A stretch of DNA of 64,000 bases from Negaprion brevirostris (taxonomy: Eukaryota): contig JARDVH010000163.1 in NCBI GenBank assembly GCA_030324005.1, positions 46,660,801-46,724,800 of the forward strand, read 5' to 3'. Both the position numbers and the translations under genes were made by a program. Of this stretch, positions 13,065 through 25,954 are shown piece after piece (positions within the stretch are counted from its first letter, which is position 1; each line of letters starts with the position of its first letter). The notes under the pieces are model-generated. The model was not told where the DNA came from. It did not search any database and saw only the letters and a list, made by a program, of their open reading frames with translations.

Positions 13065-13180
13065 GTGCTGAATTGGTGGGAAAATTGTTCTAGATTACAA
13101 ATGTTTTCTCAGTGCAGCTTCACACTCAAATCTCTCCACTCTGTGCACTGCAGAGGTCCCAATCATAAATATCATCCCTT
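13065..13180 (+). repeat. Short copy of the left end of the element at 13899
   Basis: GTGCTGAATTGGTGGGAAAA...TTTCTCAGTGCAGCTTCACACT...CAGAGGTCCCAATC.T.AATATCAT is repeated at 13899-14010. Confidence 0.8.
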
Positions 13181-13898
13181 ACATGATTCTTTTTGAAAAT
13201 AAAGATGTAAATTGTAACCCATCCAATTTCACAATTGAGAAATTTTCATTGTTAACTCAGAAATAGAAACTCTTATTTGGTTTTGAAAACAATTCAAGCT
13301 TGTAATATTGCATTTTCTGCCTACACATGCAGCAAGGATTTACTTCCTTTTCTTTGTATGCCTGTTGATCTCATTGCAAAACAGTGATAATGTAAAAAAA
13401 AAAGTGGTCCCAGGTGGGGACTTGTCATCCACAGAACTAGGTTGCAAAAGACTTTCGTAATCAACCACATTGAATAAAATATCCCATCTGGAATTGTATT
13501 ACTTTGGATTTCACTTTATCGTATAGCAGAACCCTTTCAAGATGAGCCTGCCAGTAAATGATCTCAACAACAACCATGCTTTTTACTTTGGCATTTTACC
13601 AAAATATTTTTGCATCCTAAATGTAAATGCAAATGAAATTTTTGATACTAAAATGCTACATTTGAAGCTTATGCTTTCATTTTAAATCTTGATATACTAA
13701 GTCAACAGATGAATAAAACATTCTATGCTGCAAAATGTTATGCCATTTGTGGGAATGGGGGAGGTGGTGGGGTGGAAATTGTTCAAAAACACAATTTGTC
13801 AATTCAGACTAAATAGCTGGAATGGAAAGTCAACAATGGATATGGAATATAAGCAGAAAATGCTGCAAATATTCAGGAAGGCAGGCAGTATCTGTGGA

Positions 13899-14953
13899 GT
13901 GCTGAATTGGTGGGAAAACCGTTCTACATCACAACTGTTTCTCAGTGCAGCTTCACACTTGAATCTCCTCACTCTGCAGTGCACAGAGGTCCCAATCGTG
14001 AATATCATTAAAAACCCAGGAGGCAGAGCCTTTTCACACCAGAATCTGACAGTTCCAGAGCTCTGCACATGCACAGTGGACCCGATTTGTCAGTCTCCCC
14101 GTTTGCTGGCCAGCTCAATTGCTGGCCAGTCCAGGACCCCAGAGGTCTGCCCCTCAAGCCCCACCCCACAGTCCGATGTGACCCCGATGACAATTCCCAG
14201 GCCAGCCCTGACACCCCCGCCCCAGAGAGCCCAATGTCCAGCCCCCGGCACCCAGCAGTGGGAATCACCCACTTCCTTCTCACCCCAGCAGACAACCCCC
14301 TCCCGCTGACCCCACCTGGGGTCAGATCCCCCTACAGGAGGAAGACCCCCGCTGGTAGACCAGCCCCCTCAGCCCACTCTGATCGGTGGCCTCCCTCCTG
14401 CCCAGACCAATTGCAATGCAGAGTGGAGGCGTGACTACCCCATGCCCACTGATCACCGCTAGGCCCCGTCCACAGTAGGCCCCACCCCCCTTGGCACTGT
14501 CCAATGCTCGGTGGGCAGTGCAAAGGACACAGGCTGGCACTGCCAGGATGCCCATGCCCAGGGGGCACCCCCCCCACCCCGCCGCCCGACCCCTTCGGGG
14601 CTCCAATTGCCCCCTGACATTCCAGTTGAGTCTCTCCCTAGTTCCCCGAAAATGGGGAGCTACTCTAAACCCCAACGAAATGAAATACTCCTGGTGGGAT
14701 GAAAGATTCTGTCGGGACAGGTAAGCTCTTGATAATGAAATGCAAAACATACATAAACTAGATTTTAAAAAGATTCAAACGACTTACTTGTTTTCCCGCT
14801 GGTTTCCAGCGTGGTCTGGACTCTGTTCTCCGGCTCTGGGAGATGCACATGTATTCCCAGCGCATGGACAAATCCTGGAAAAAGACTAACTACGCACGTT
14901 TCCCAGCCTGACCCACCAGAAAAGTTGCGTGTTGCAATGGGAAAATCACCCAC
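13899..14953. mobile_element. GC-rich non-autonomous DNA transposon (probably Harbinger-derived)
   Basis: GC-rich, C-run-rich core with GGCACTG/CAGTGC inverted motifs; right end GGGAAAATCACCC. The overlapping Pro/Gly-rich ORFs have no recognisable protein. Confidence 0.6.
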
Positions 14954-15544
14954 AATGTTTCAGGTCAGTGATCTTTCATTAGAGTATGATTCAAAAAATG
15001 TTTAGATAAAATTAGCATCAATGGGCCAGGTCCTTTTAATCACCATTGCAGTGAATTATTTCCATTTTTTTGAGTTTCTACAATTATTGGACAATTCGTT
15101 CTTCAACAATAACATGTTGGCAATATTGGAACATGAGCAAGTAGAGTTCTCAATAAGCATTTGAAGAAACATACAGGGTTCTGTCTTTTACCAGTGTAAG
15201 ACTGATGCAGAGCTAGCAATATAACCTGATGCTACAAGATCTCATTGCTCTCAAATATATAGGGCAGAATTCTGGTGCCATGGACAAAGTCCCCACACTG
15301 GGAACAGTGGGTGGCATGGCCACAGGAGCTGGTGATAGAAAAGAAGACAGGATCATCTCAGGGTCATCCAATCAATGGCTGGTAGGTATGGGAGCCAGCC
15401 AATTAAGCTTTGTGGGTAAGGGTGATACTGTCATAGAACAGGCAAGCACCATATTTCAAGTGAAGGCAGCACACAGGGAAGGCAGCAAATGCAATGGATA
15501 TTGAAGAAGAGGCCTGACAGGTTTTGCATTCATAAGATGGTATA

Positions 15545-16370
15545 AGGATAAGTTAAGTGGAGTATAATGTGAGAAAGTGAGAAATTGTTCATTTTGGCAG
15601 GAAGAATAAAAAGTATACTGTATAAATGGTGAGCTATTGCAGAATTCTGAGGCACAGATGAATTTGAGTGTTCTAATGTATGAGTCACAAAAGGTTAGTG
15701 TGCAGGTGCAGCAAGTAATTGAGAAAACTAATAGAACATTATAATTTATTGCAAGGGGAATTGAAAACGAAAGTAAGGAGGCTATGCTTCAGTTATATAG
15801 GCCATACAATGGGACCACATCTGGAGTACTGTGAGTGTACTGGTTTCCTTTGTTTAAGGAAGGATGTAAATGCAATGGAAACAGTTTGGAGAAGATTTAC
15901 TAAACTAATACCAGGAATAGGCAGATTGAATTACAAGGAAAAACTGGCAGGCTAGACTTGTATCCACTGGAATTTGTAAGAGAAAGAGGCAACATGATTG
16001 AAACATACAAGAACCCAGGGGGTCTTGACAGGGTGGGTTTGGAAAGGATGTTTCCTCTTGTCAGGGAATCTAGAACTTCATGTCACTGTTTAAAAGTAAG
16101 GGATCACCCAGTTAAGAGATGTTTTTTTCCCTCAAGGTTGTGAGTCTTTGAAACTCTTTTCCTCAAAAAGCGGTGGAGGCAGAGTTTTTGATTTTCTTTT
16201 AAAGATAGAAGTAGATAGATTCCTGATAAGCAAGGTGGTGAAAGACTTTCAGGGGTAGATGGGAATGTGGTTGAGTTTACAAATCAGATCAACCATGATC
16301 TTATTGAATGGTGGAGCAAGCTCAAAGGGCCAAGTGGCCCACTCCTGCTCGTAATTCATGTTTGTATGTA
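15545..16370 (+). mobile_element. CR1 LINE 3' fragment
   Basis: Translates PHLEYCE...LRKDVNAMETVWRRFTKLIPGIGRLNYKEKL and LYPLEFVRERGNMIETYK. Typical tail GATCAACCATGATCTTATTGAATGGTGGAGCAAGCTCAAAGGGCC. Confidence 0.9.
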
Positions 16371-16685
16371 CACTGAAATTAGGTATGCAGAGTATAATAT
16401 GCAAAATATAGATTTTCAATCAATGCAAATTAGATTTATCTTTGCATTGACATAAATGGGTAGATTATTCCATTCCCGCATCCAGGCATTTTGGATCCTG
16501 AGGACAGCAAATATTGAGCAGGGGGCACTGATGCCTGTATAGGTGCCTGACCAACTTTCTGCAAATTAATAATTGGGCTTCCTTACAGAACGTGAGATCT
16601 TCTGCGCCTGATTTCTTCTTAGTGTCCCAGCAAACCAAATATCCAAGGCACTGTAAGGGGCACCTGAAAGACGAATTTCATTCTT

Positions 16686-17347
16686 GGGCTGGAATTTTCC
16701 CCAAATCCAGATGAAACAAAGGCAGGACAGCAAAAACAATGGCACCAGTGGTTTGCGTGTTGGTCTGCCTGCGCTGATGATTTTCCACAGAACAGCGGGA
16801 GGGGGTAGGAAACCCTCCTTGCTAATTGAATGTGTTGAGTTCATTATGGAGCTCATTAACTGACTTGCCAATATTTCCATTAGGTGGCGGGCCATTATGA
16901 GCTCTCGGAAACTGACCAGCTGCAGACTGGTGTAATATGGGTGGCAGCACTGAAAACACTTCATTTAATGGAAAAAAGGGAAGTTTGGACAAAAATATAC
17001 TGTGCAGTAATAACATTTTGTTCACCAACTTTTCCCTACCTTGGATCCCTGTTCACCATTTGCCCTGGCCACTTTGAACATTAAGGTGCTCTCATTTTTT
17101 TTTAAACACCCCAAGGCATTCACTGTAATAGATACCAACTCAGATTAGATTGTGACCATCTTCCCTATAGTACCATTGCCATTCCTGTAACCCCAGCCAC
17201 GAACTGAGTAATAGACCAGTCTCTACGTCATTAGAGCACCTACCCCATGAAAAGTGTATTTCAGAACGTGCTGGCATTAGGGACAAGTTCATGACCCTGA
17301 ATTGACTTAATCTCCCAATTCCCACCTCCAACAGGAAAATCTAGTCC
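16686..17347. mobile_element. MITE with terminal inverted repeats (Harbinger-like)
   Basis: Left end GGGCTGGAATTTTCC; right end GGAAAATCTAGTCC (reverse complement GGACTAGATTTTCC). Confidence 0.65.
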
Positions 17348-17369
17348 TTGGTGTCTCCTGGACCGAATG

Positions 17370-19450
17370 ATCCAGAATTATGCCATTTGGCCCCCATCAA
17401 ATCTGATCTGCTATTCAATGAGATCATGACTGATCTGATATTATAATTCTCAATTCCACTTTCTTGCCTTATCCCCATAACACTTGGTTCCCTTACTTAT
17501 TAAAATCTGTCTATCTCATCCTTGAACATACTTCACAACCCAGCCTCTGCAGCTCTCTGCAGTATACAGAATTCCACAGATTCACCGCCCTGTAGGAGAA
17601 GAAATCTCTCCTCATCAATGACTCCTTACTCTGAGGTTATGCCCTCTGATGTTAGACTCTCCCACAAGGGGGAGCAACCACCTTGTCAAGCCCCATGAGG
17701 ATCATATGTTTCAATGAGGTTGAAAGAATGAGGTTGCCTCTCATTCTTCTAAACTCCAATGAGTATAAACCCAAACTACTTAATCTCTCCTCATAAGAAA
17801 ATCCCTCCATACGCAGAACAACCTCATGAATTTTCTCTGGATACCTCCAATGTCAGTATACCCTTCCTTGGATAAGGGGACCAAAGCTGTTCATAATATT
17901 CCAGGTTTAATCTAACAAGCACCTTGTATAGTTTCAGCAAGATGTCCCTATTTTAATATTCCATTTCCTGTGAAATAAAAACCAACATTCCATTTGCCTT
18001 CCCTGTGACTTGCTGTAGTTGCATAGTAGCTTTTGGTGATTTATGCATGAGGACTCCCAAATCAGTCTGTGCTGTGGTCTTTCTCCATTTCAATAATATT
18101 CAGCTCCCCTATTCTTCCTACTAAATTGCATAACTTCACATTTTTCTACATTATATTCCATCTGCCAAGTTTTGCCCATTCCCTTAACCTGTCTATATCC
18201 CGCTGTAGACTCTTTGACCAGAATTTTACTGCCCACCCACTGCAAATCAGAATGGGCGAGAGGCAGTCATGTCTGGAATTAGAAATGTCTGTTCACCTCA
18301 GCAGGCTTTTATGGTTTTGGGAAGCATGTGGCTGTAAAATCCTGCCCTTTATGCCATCCTCACCATTTGCCTTCCCACTTATTTTTGTGTCATCCGCAAA
18401 TTTGGCAACATTCATTTCTCTCATCCAATTCACTAATATATAATGTAAGTAACTGTGTTGCCAGCACTGATCCTTGTGGCACTCCACTTGTTACACATTG
18501 CCATGCTGAAAATGCCTCTCTTATCCCACCTCTTTGTCTTCTATTAGTTATGCTAATATACTATCCCTAACACCACAAGCTCTGATCTCATTAAGTAGCT
18601 TTTTGTGCAGTATCTTATCAAATGCTCTTTAAAAATCCAAGTGCATTACATCAACTGGTTCCCCTTTATCCATCATGCTCAATATCAACTCAACGAATTC
18701 TAGTAGATATTTTGGGCATGATTTTCCCCCTCTTCATGAAGCCATGCTAACTCTACTTGATAATATTATTCTGCTGTTACATCCTTTATAATGACCTCTA
18801 ATATTTTCCCAATTACAGATGTTAAGCTCACTGGCCCACAGTTATCTGTTTTTGTCTCCTTTCTTTTTGAATAAGGGTGTTACATTGGCAGTTTCCCAAT
18901 CCACTTGGACTTTTCCAGAATTTATCGATTCATGGAAGCTTAATACAGTACATACACTATCTCTATTGCTAATACCTTTAATATCCTAGGATGCAAACCA
19001 TCAGTGCCAAGGGACTTATCAGACTTTTCCACGTACTTTTCCTCTAGGGATAGTTTTTATTCCCCAAACTTTTGCCCCATGATTATTTAGTATTTTTGGA
19101 ATGGCATTAGTGTCTTCCACCATGAACACAGAACAAAGTATTTATTTAAATCCTCAACATCATTTCCTTGTTCCTAATTATTATTTCCCCATTCTCATTC
19201 TCTCAGGGGCCTATGTTCATTCTGGCCTCTCTCTCTTTATATACTTAAAGAATCTCTAACTCTCTCTTCATGTGATTTTGATCATCTTGGTTTTCTAAAG
19301 TTTTCCCAATCCTAATCATTACCACGTCATATGTTGTTTCTTTCAATTTCATACTAACCTTAACTTGTTTGGTCGATTTATTCCTGTCTTGGAATCCTTT
19401 TTCCTCACTGAAATATATTTTTGTTGTGAATCATGAACTATTTGCAGAAA
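17370..19450 (-). mobile_element. CR1 LINE ORF2 remnant with a small MITE insertion (about 18215-18350)
   Basis: Minus strand has NVAKFADDTKISGKAN (RT catalytic motif), a GVPQGSVL-like segment and the CR1 tail at about 17380-17560. Confidence 0.88.
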
Positions 19451-20339
19451 CATCTGCCACTTCATTGAGAGTTCTGAAGGTAGCCACTCTAATTACTATG
19501 CATTCATTTAGATGGGAAATGATTATGGTTTCACATCATTTTATATCTGTAACTTAAATGTTGGTTTAAACTGAAATTTCTATTATGTGGGCATAAAATT
19601 TAAATCTTAAATTACAAGCAGAAGATACAAAATAGGTTTTTAAAATAAATATGCTTCAATGTGCATAGATGCGTAATGGATTTGTCTCAATGTTCCTGCT
19701 GCATCATGTGTCATAGATTCAATTCTGTTACTCATGAGGCTGAGCAACTCACAGCAAGGCATCTGTTATGGGGTCAACACAGGTCAGATCTTGACATGAA
19801 ACAAGTAAGCCATGACAAAAGCAGAGGCTGTTGGAAACCATATCTTTGGTTTTGCTTTGAGAACTTGGCCGTTCAGTAGACATAGCTATTAACAAAACAG
19901 CAGTTTCACTAGTGAAAACAATTCTTTTTAACATTACATGAACTGTAAATCAAAGTCAACATTATGAGAGATGATATAACTACACAAAAATTGAATTAGT
20001 GAAGAAAACAAATCAGCACACTGGTGACACTGAATGGAAATAAGAACTTACGTCAACCTAGAAAAAGAATCTGCAATTTTGTTTTGGAAAGCATTGGTAG
20101 AATTTGGTTGAATTGGTTTTACTCAGATTGCAATCTCAATTACTGCAGGACAAAAGTTGAATCAATCTACAATTTAATTTGCTACCTGCTGTCTTCTGTC
20201 AAATTCAACCACTGATAATTGTAACTGAAATGTTTGAAAGCTTCCATATATGAAGAAACCTATTTTTTAAAAATAAAGCTAGTAAGTTAGAGTAACGTTC
20301 AACATAATGATAAAATCTGTCACATATATAACACAGACA

Positions 20340-21060
20340 CTGTCATGCTTTCCTTTTCCTCAGCTGAGGATTTCTCCCACCACTGTTGACAAGGCTGTCA
20401 ACCGTATCCATCCCATTTCCTACATTTCTGCTTTCACTCCTTTCCCTCACCTCACAGGACCAAGATCGGTTCCCCCTGTCCTCACCTTCCACTCCATCAG
20501 CCTCCACATTCATTGGCTCATCCTCTGTCATATCCACCACCTTCAGTGTGTTGTCACCACCATACTCATCTTCCTCGCTCTTTCACTTTCTGCATTCCAA
20601 AGGAACCCTTCCCTCTGCAACACTATCTGTTCTTCAAACACTCCTGACATCTCTTCCCCTTACCATGGAATCATCCCTTCCAACTGTCCAGGATCTCAAA
20701 CGTTCTGTCCAGGCACAGCAACAATATACCATGTACGTTATTCAATTTGAAAACTTGTATTTGCTGTTCACAATGCGATCTCCCCTCCAATGGGGAACTA
20801 AAGCTAGATTCAGTGACCACCATTGCAATACACCTACTTTCAATCTGCAGGCATTACCCTGAGCTTAGAGTAGCCTGGCATTTTAATTCAAGCTATTCTC
20901 ACTTTTGTCTTCTGTCCTTGGTTTCCTGCATCGTTCAAATGAAGCTCCATAGAAGCTTGAAGAACATCAACTATTCTCCAATTTGCTATGTCACAGCTTT
21001 CCAGACTCAGCAATGAGTTCAATAATTTCAGATCATCATGATTGCTCCCATTTTTTTCAA
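20340..21060 (+). mobile_element. Penelope-like element remnant (RT C-terminus and GIY-YIG endonuclease)
   Basis: Translates TTVDKAVNRIHPIS...PPVLTFHSISLHIHWLILCHIHHLQ...SAFQRNPSL, ICCSQCDL...HLLSICRHYPELRVAWHFNS and an EEHQL-like end, characteristic of vertebrate Penelope/Poseidon elements. Frameshifted. Confidence 0.8.
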
Positions 21061-21639
21061 ACAACAGCTGGACTGAATGAACTTCAAAAATGTAAACAAT
21101 GTTGTCGGCCAGTTGTGTTAACTGCAATATACAGCAGGCAGTAACTGGAATTTGAACAAAAGGGAGGGCTTAGTTACCTGACCATGGGAAAGTTAGATTT
21201 TGGTGGAATACAGAAATTAGTCATGTCTAACCACAACTAAAGTTAAAGCTTGTGCCATGTGGCCTACATGTAATTCCAGCAGAGGAAAGGTGTAGTCAGA
21301 GAAGCTGGTGAACAGTGTGAGAATAACAGAAATAGACACCGGAGTTCTACAGCCTTGCCCATCACAGGAATCGGGTGGTGGGCAGAGAATAGGAAGGTCC
21401 TTGACCTTGGGCAGGATTTTCTGGTCTAGGGTCGAGTGAGGTCGTAAACTCCTGCCCAGAATCTCATAACTGGGCATGAAGACATGGAGGAAGAATTTCT
21501 AGAAGACGCTGCAATTCTTCACAAAGTTATATTAGGGNNNNNNNNNNNNNNNNNNNNNNNNNNNNNNNNNNNNNNNNNNNNNNNNNNNNNNNNNNNNNNN
21601 NNNNNNNNNNNNNNNNNNNNNNNNNNNNNNNNNNNNNCA

Positions 21640-21975
21640 ATGGTATTGTCATGGTTTAGTAATCCAGAAACCCAGGGTTATGTTCTGGGGATCAAAGTTT
21701 GGATCCAACCATTGTAGATGGTGTACTTTGATTTCAATAAAAATCTGGAATTAAAAGTCTAGTGATGATCACAAAATCGACTGTTGCAAAAAGCCATCTA
21801 GTTCACTTTAGGGAAGGAAATCCTTATCTGGTCTGGCCTATATGTGACTCCATAGCAATGACGTTGACTCTTTAAAAAATGGCCTCTGAAATGGCCTGGT
21901 AAGCCAGTCAGTTGAAGGACAATTAGAGATGAACAATAAATGCTGGCCCAGCCTGTGAAGCCCACATCCCATGAA
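21640..21975 (+). mobile_element. SacSINE1/DeuSINE-like SINE
   Basis: tRNA-like head, central ATCTGGAATTAAAAGTCTA...GGGAAGGAAAT...GGTCTGGCCTATATGTGACTCC (Deu-domain-like) and tail CAATAAATGCTGGCCCAGCC...CCCACATCCCATG. Confidence 0.8.
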
Positions 21976-22930
21976 AAGAAATTGTTAAGCTTTTTATTAC
22001 ATGTCTGTTTTAATGAGTGGGGGAGAAAGCTAGTGTGGAATATAGAGGACTCCTGGGCTCTTGTGCTCCAAGAATTCTTACTGCAAACCTAAATAAATTT
22101 CATTTACTTGAAGCACAGCCAGGTATGAACTGAAAAGTTGCAGGAATATAGTTACTGCAACTTTAATAAAAACATAATGTTTAGCTAATAACTGGGAAGC
22201 CACATGATAAATATGTAATACAATCTCGAGTTGTACCAAGCAGTGTAGTATTGACTGTATTACCAATAGTGAAATGAGCAATAAGTGGTCATACTGCCCA
22301 CTCACATTACTCCAACCAATGAGTATGTTCTAATGTACGCACAGAACCAGACTCATGAGCATCAAACTGCTGTTGAATTTTTGAATAATAAGGGCAGCTT
22401 CTGGAAATATGAGCTCTTTTCTGCAGATTAAAATCCAGCATGGATCAGCAGAAAGACTCATTTCCTTTTGTAGCATAAATTTAAATTTGAACCAATGCAT
22501 ATATTTAACCATACTTTTGTTTTTAAATGGACCTATCACCAACACAATACACAGAAATTTGACATTATACTAATAAAACTAAACTGAAAGACAAGTCTTT
22601 GGAATAAATGGGTTATTAATTTTTATTTTATATATGTAACTTAATTATACTGCTTTTCTTATTCTTTCTACTGCACTTACTTGATATTATTCATGAGATC
22701 CTATTTTCCAATGTTTGTAAATTATTTTTGTCAGACTAGTTCGCCAGTAGTAACAGACATGGTGTTCTCCTCCTTGATCCATATCCTATCCAAATACCAT
22801 TGACTTTTCACAGTAGTCCTTATGAACTGGAAAGTTGTATTGATTTTTATCTTCTTTATTGTACCAATACTCTTGGACAAACAACAATCCATTTTTTAAA
22901 ATCTGTTCACCCCAGCCAAATGGAAACATT

Positions 22931-23059
22931 GGTCGGAATTCTCCAACCAATTCAAAATTCTCTGGTCTGGCTGCAGTGAACGGAAATTTGGCTGAGCACC
23001 AAATTCTCTGTCCTTGCTTGCTGTGGTGGCAAGGCGTGAACAGCCAGAAAACTCCATCC
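22931..23059. mobile_element. Short MITE with 3-bp TSD (ATT)
   Basis: Ends GGTCGGAATTCTCC and GAAAACTCCATCC; ATT at 22928-22930 and 23060-23062. 3-bp TSDs fit PIF/Harbinger. Confidence 0.65.
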
Positions 23060-25954
23060 ATTGTTCACTAACTTACCACATTTTCCTCTTTACAATTTAC
23101 TATTGCCAATAGAGCAAAACATTTGGAATATATAGAAATGAAGTCAATACACCATTTGCATGCAATTGACATATCGAAGCCATGAGATTTACATGAACTA
23201 TTTTTGGAAGAAGTATCAATTTTACAACAGGAATACAAAAGCAAAACACAAAATGAATTTTGCAGAATAACTTGTGCTAGCAGCAGAAAGAAGAATGTTT
23301 TGCTTAATATGTAAGAAGAGGGAAAACATAAGCAGGACATCAAAAACAATTACAAATTCAGTCAAACAGTTACAAACCTTGTAAAATAAGGCATTATTCC
23401 AGAATGGCAGTACAGAGATTTCACCATTCAACAAGATCCATAATAATCATGAAGAGATGACTTCTGGAGGTGATTCAGTCCCCCACAGAGAAAGAAAACA
23501 TCATAATTCATGTCAAGGGACCATATCTATAGAATCTCCGTCAATGGGCGAAAGATCTCACTCTGTTGCCTAATTTATAACTACCAATATCAGAGATTAT
23601 GTGGTCAGCAGTGAAAGTGAAGTACTTTGTAACTGACTTTGAAGAAAGCTACCCAAAAAGATTTCTGTGTGGATATCACCTTTCTCTTTGCCAGTTTGAA
23701 TCTGCTACCAAGACAAGGGAATCTTCAGGTATTCAATAACAATTGTGTTTGTGAGAACAGATGGTTTTTCAGTATTTGTAGGAAATATTTGGGTTGATTC
23801 TCGCAGCCTGTTGCGCTACTCAAGCAGCACAGAGGGCCAGGAGACATCAGTGGGGACCATTTCGTGAACTTCCCTCTGGGCATGATGGCCCCGCGCGTCT
23901 CCAGAACTACATTCTTTTCATGTAATCAGCTCTGTGCCAGAAATTGGCGTGGAGTTTACTATCATATCCAATTCCATATGATTAGCATACCTGGGACTGA
24001 ATTCTCCAGATCTGCTCCCTCCCCACTGGGAATGGCTCCCTCCAGTGGGGTTTACTCCTGCTCCCCACTAACGGGGAACAGGTGGCCTGACCCTGCTGGA
24101 GGGAAATTACACTGAAGTATTTTACAGGCAATCAACCTAACCAACTGATGACCTTAAATTGCTGACAGGGATCTGTTCTCCACAAAAAAATGGAATATAT
24201 TCAAGCCTTAAATCTTTTCCAAATTTTCTAGTGGATTCGGGAGCCAAGATTTCCCTATTGTTTCCTCCATGACAACAATTAGAATTGACCGGAAACCAAT
24301 CAACACTCTTGCATTTGTCCTGATAAGTACAAGACAAAAAGCTTCAGTGACACAAGTCTCTTTTCAGCAATATTCAAACTTTTGAAAAAAAATTGCATTA
24401 AGAACATTGCAATTTTGTTAGAATGGGAAATTTGACATTACACAAATATGAAACTATTTTTTGTGAACCACTCATTGACTCAATGGACAAATGCACAATA
24501 TGGCCTTTAGCACGCCATGTCACATCAAGAAATGTAGATTTAATCCCATAATTGTGTTACATTAGCTATCTCAGCAAATCAACAAGTAGAACTGCTACTG
24601 CATTAGTATCCTGGTTTATGGAGGGGAAATTTTAAAAAAAAACAATTATTCCTGCTCCTGATTTTTTGATGGAAATGCACATAATATACAAATGTTGGAT
24701 GAGCAAAGCAAAAAGAAAATTTGGTTAAATCGGTAACACTGCTGTCTAACCAAATTTGGCAGGCCTGCCTTTAAAACAATATCATGCCTCATTTCCACGT
24801 ATTTGTTTTATGCATCATAAGTGGGGTTTTCTCAAAAATGTTGATCTTGCGCTCCATGTTTATATACTCTTGGTCATGGTACATCATTTTCTGATATATT
24901 AAAATATTATGGCTCTCTGAGCGCTCTTCTCTTCATATGAAAATAACAGATTTTTAATCTTAGAAAAAGAATTAGATTGAGAGAAACAGACAAGTTTTTC
25001 TTGAAAAAAGTTTTCTGAATTTTTCAAAGTGTTCTGAACCTTTAGCAAGGAAATATGAAATGTCTCATGGATAAAAATATTACTCACGATTTTTTTGTAT
25101 GACTCAGATATGACTCAGAATTAAAAGAAAGGTATGTTCCTTTTGCAGCATTCCTCGTCCTAATTCTGTGCATGTTGCAGACGTAACTGACTTCAGTGAT
25201 TTTATAGATGTAACAAGTAAATTGTGACCTTGAACCAGTAATTTGATCATTAGAACAATAAAATTATGAGACCTTCAGGAAGACAACATGATTGGGTATA
25301 AAGATTTGTTAACAGTATGTCACTGGGATTGCAAAATGAAAGTTGTGAGCCCACAGTATAATTTACAAGGTGTGTCATTGCATTATTTAAAAGTGTTTGG
25401 GGAAGCTCACTTCCTATATATGCACATTGTGAATATTTTGCTTTAATATGACATTTCCTGCCTGAGAAAATTTAATTTTCAGTAGGCAAATCGCAACCAA
25501 AGACAACTGCATGAAATGTTTTAAATGCTTAACACTAGATCATTGTATTGATGTGTCTTTGGAGGCAAACTTTAAAGAGAATTTCGAATCCTGTCAAAAT
25601 GTTTCTACCCCTTTGGCTAAGAATTTTCTCAAAAAGAGGCAGCTCTGCAGTTTTTAGAAATGCATAAATTATCATGCAATCAGAATTGTATTTTGTAAGG
25701 AAATATGATCCTATAAAAATACTTATTGACCTACAAAATATTTCTGTGACAATTACATCAGGTCATTACAAAAAAAGTTTCCATTTGACCTTTGGATTCT
25801 AACATTGACATAGCTATTGAATCAAAATTTGGGACAGCATTGTGGCACAGAGATGTTTAAAGATATTGCAAAAATGTAAGTGATGAAAAATTATTGGTGC
25901 AAAACTGAGACAGTGTTCTCTACATTGTAATGGGCATTGAAAATGTCTCACAAT

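Noticed and set aside
13725-14750. Cluster of long overlapping ORFs (up to 194 aa)
   Set aside because: They lie in a GC-rich non-autonomous transposon, are open on both strands and have low-complexity Pro/Gly translations with no domain.
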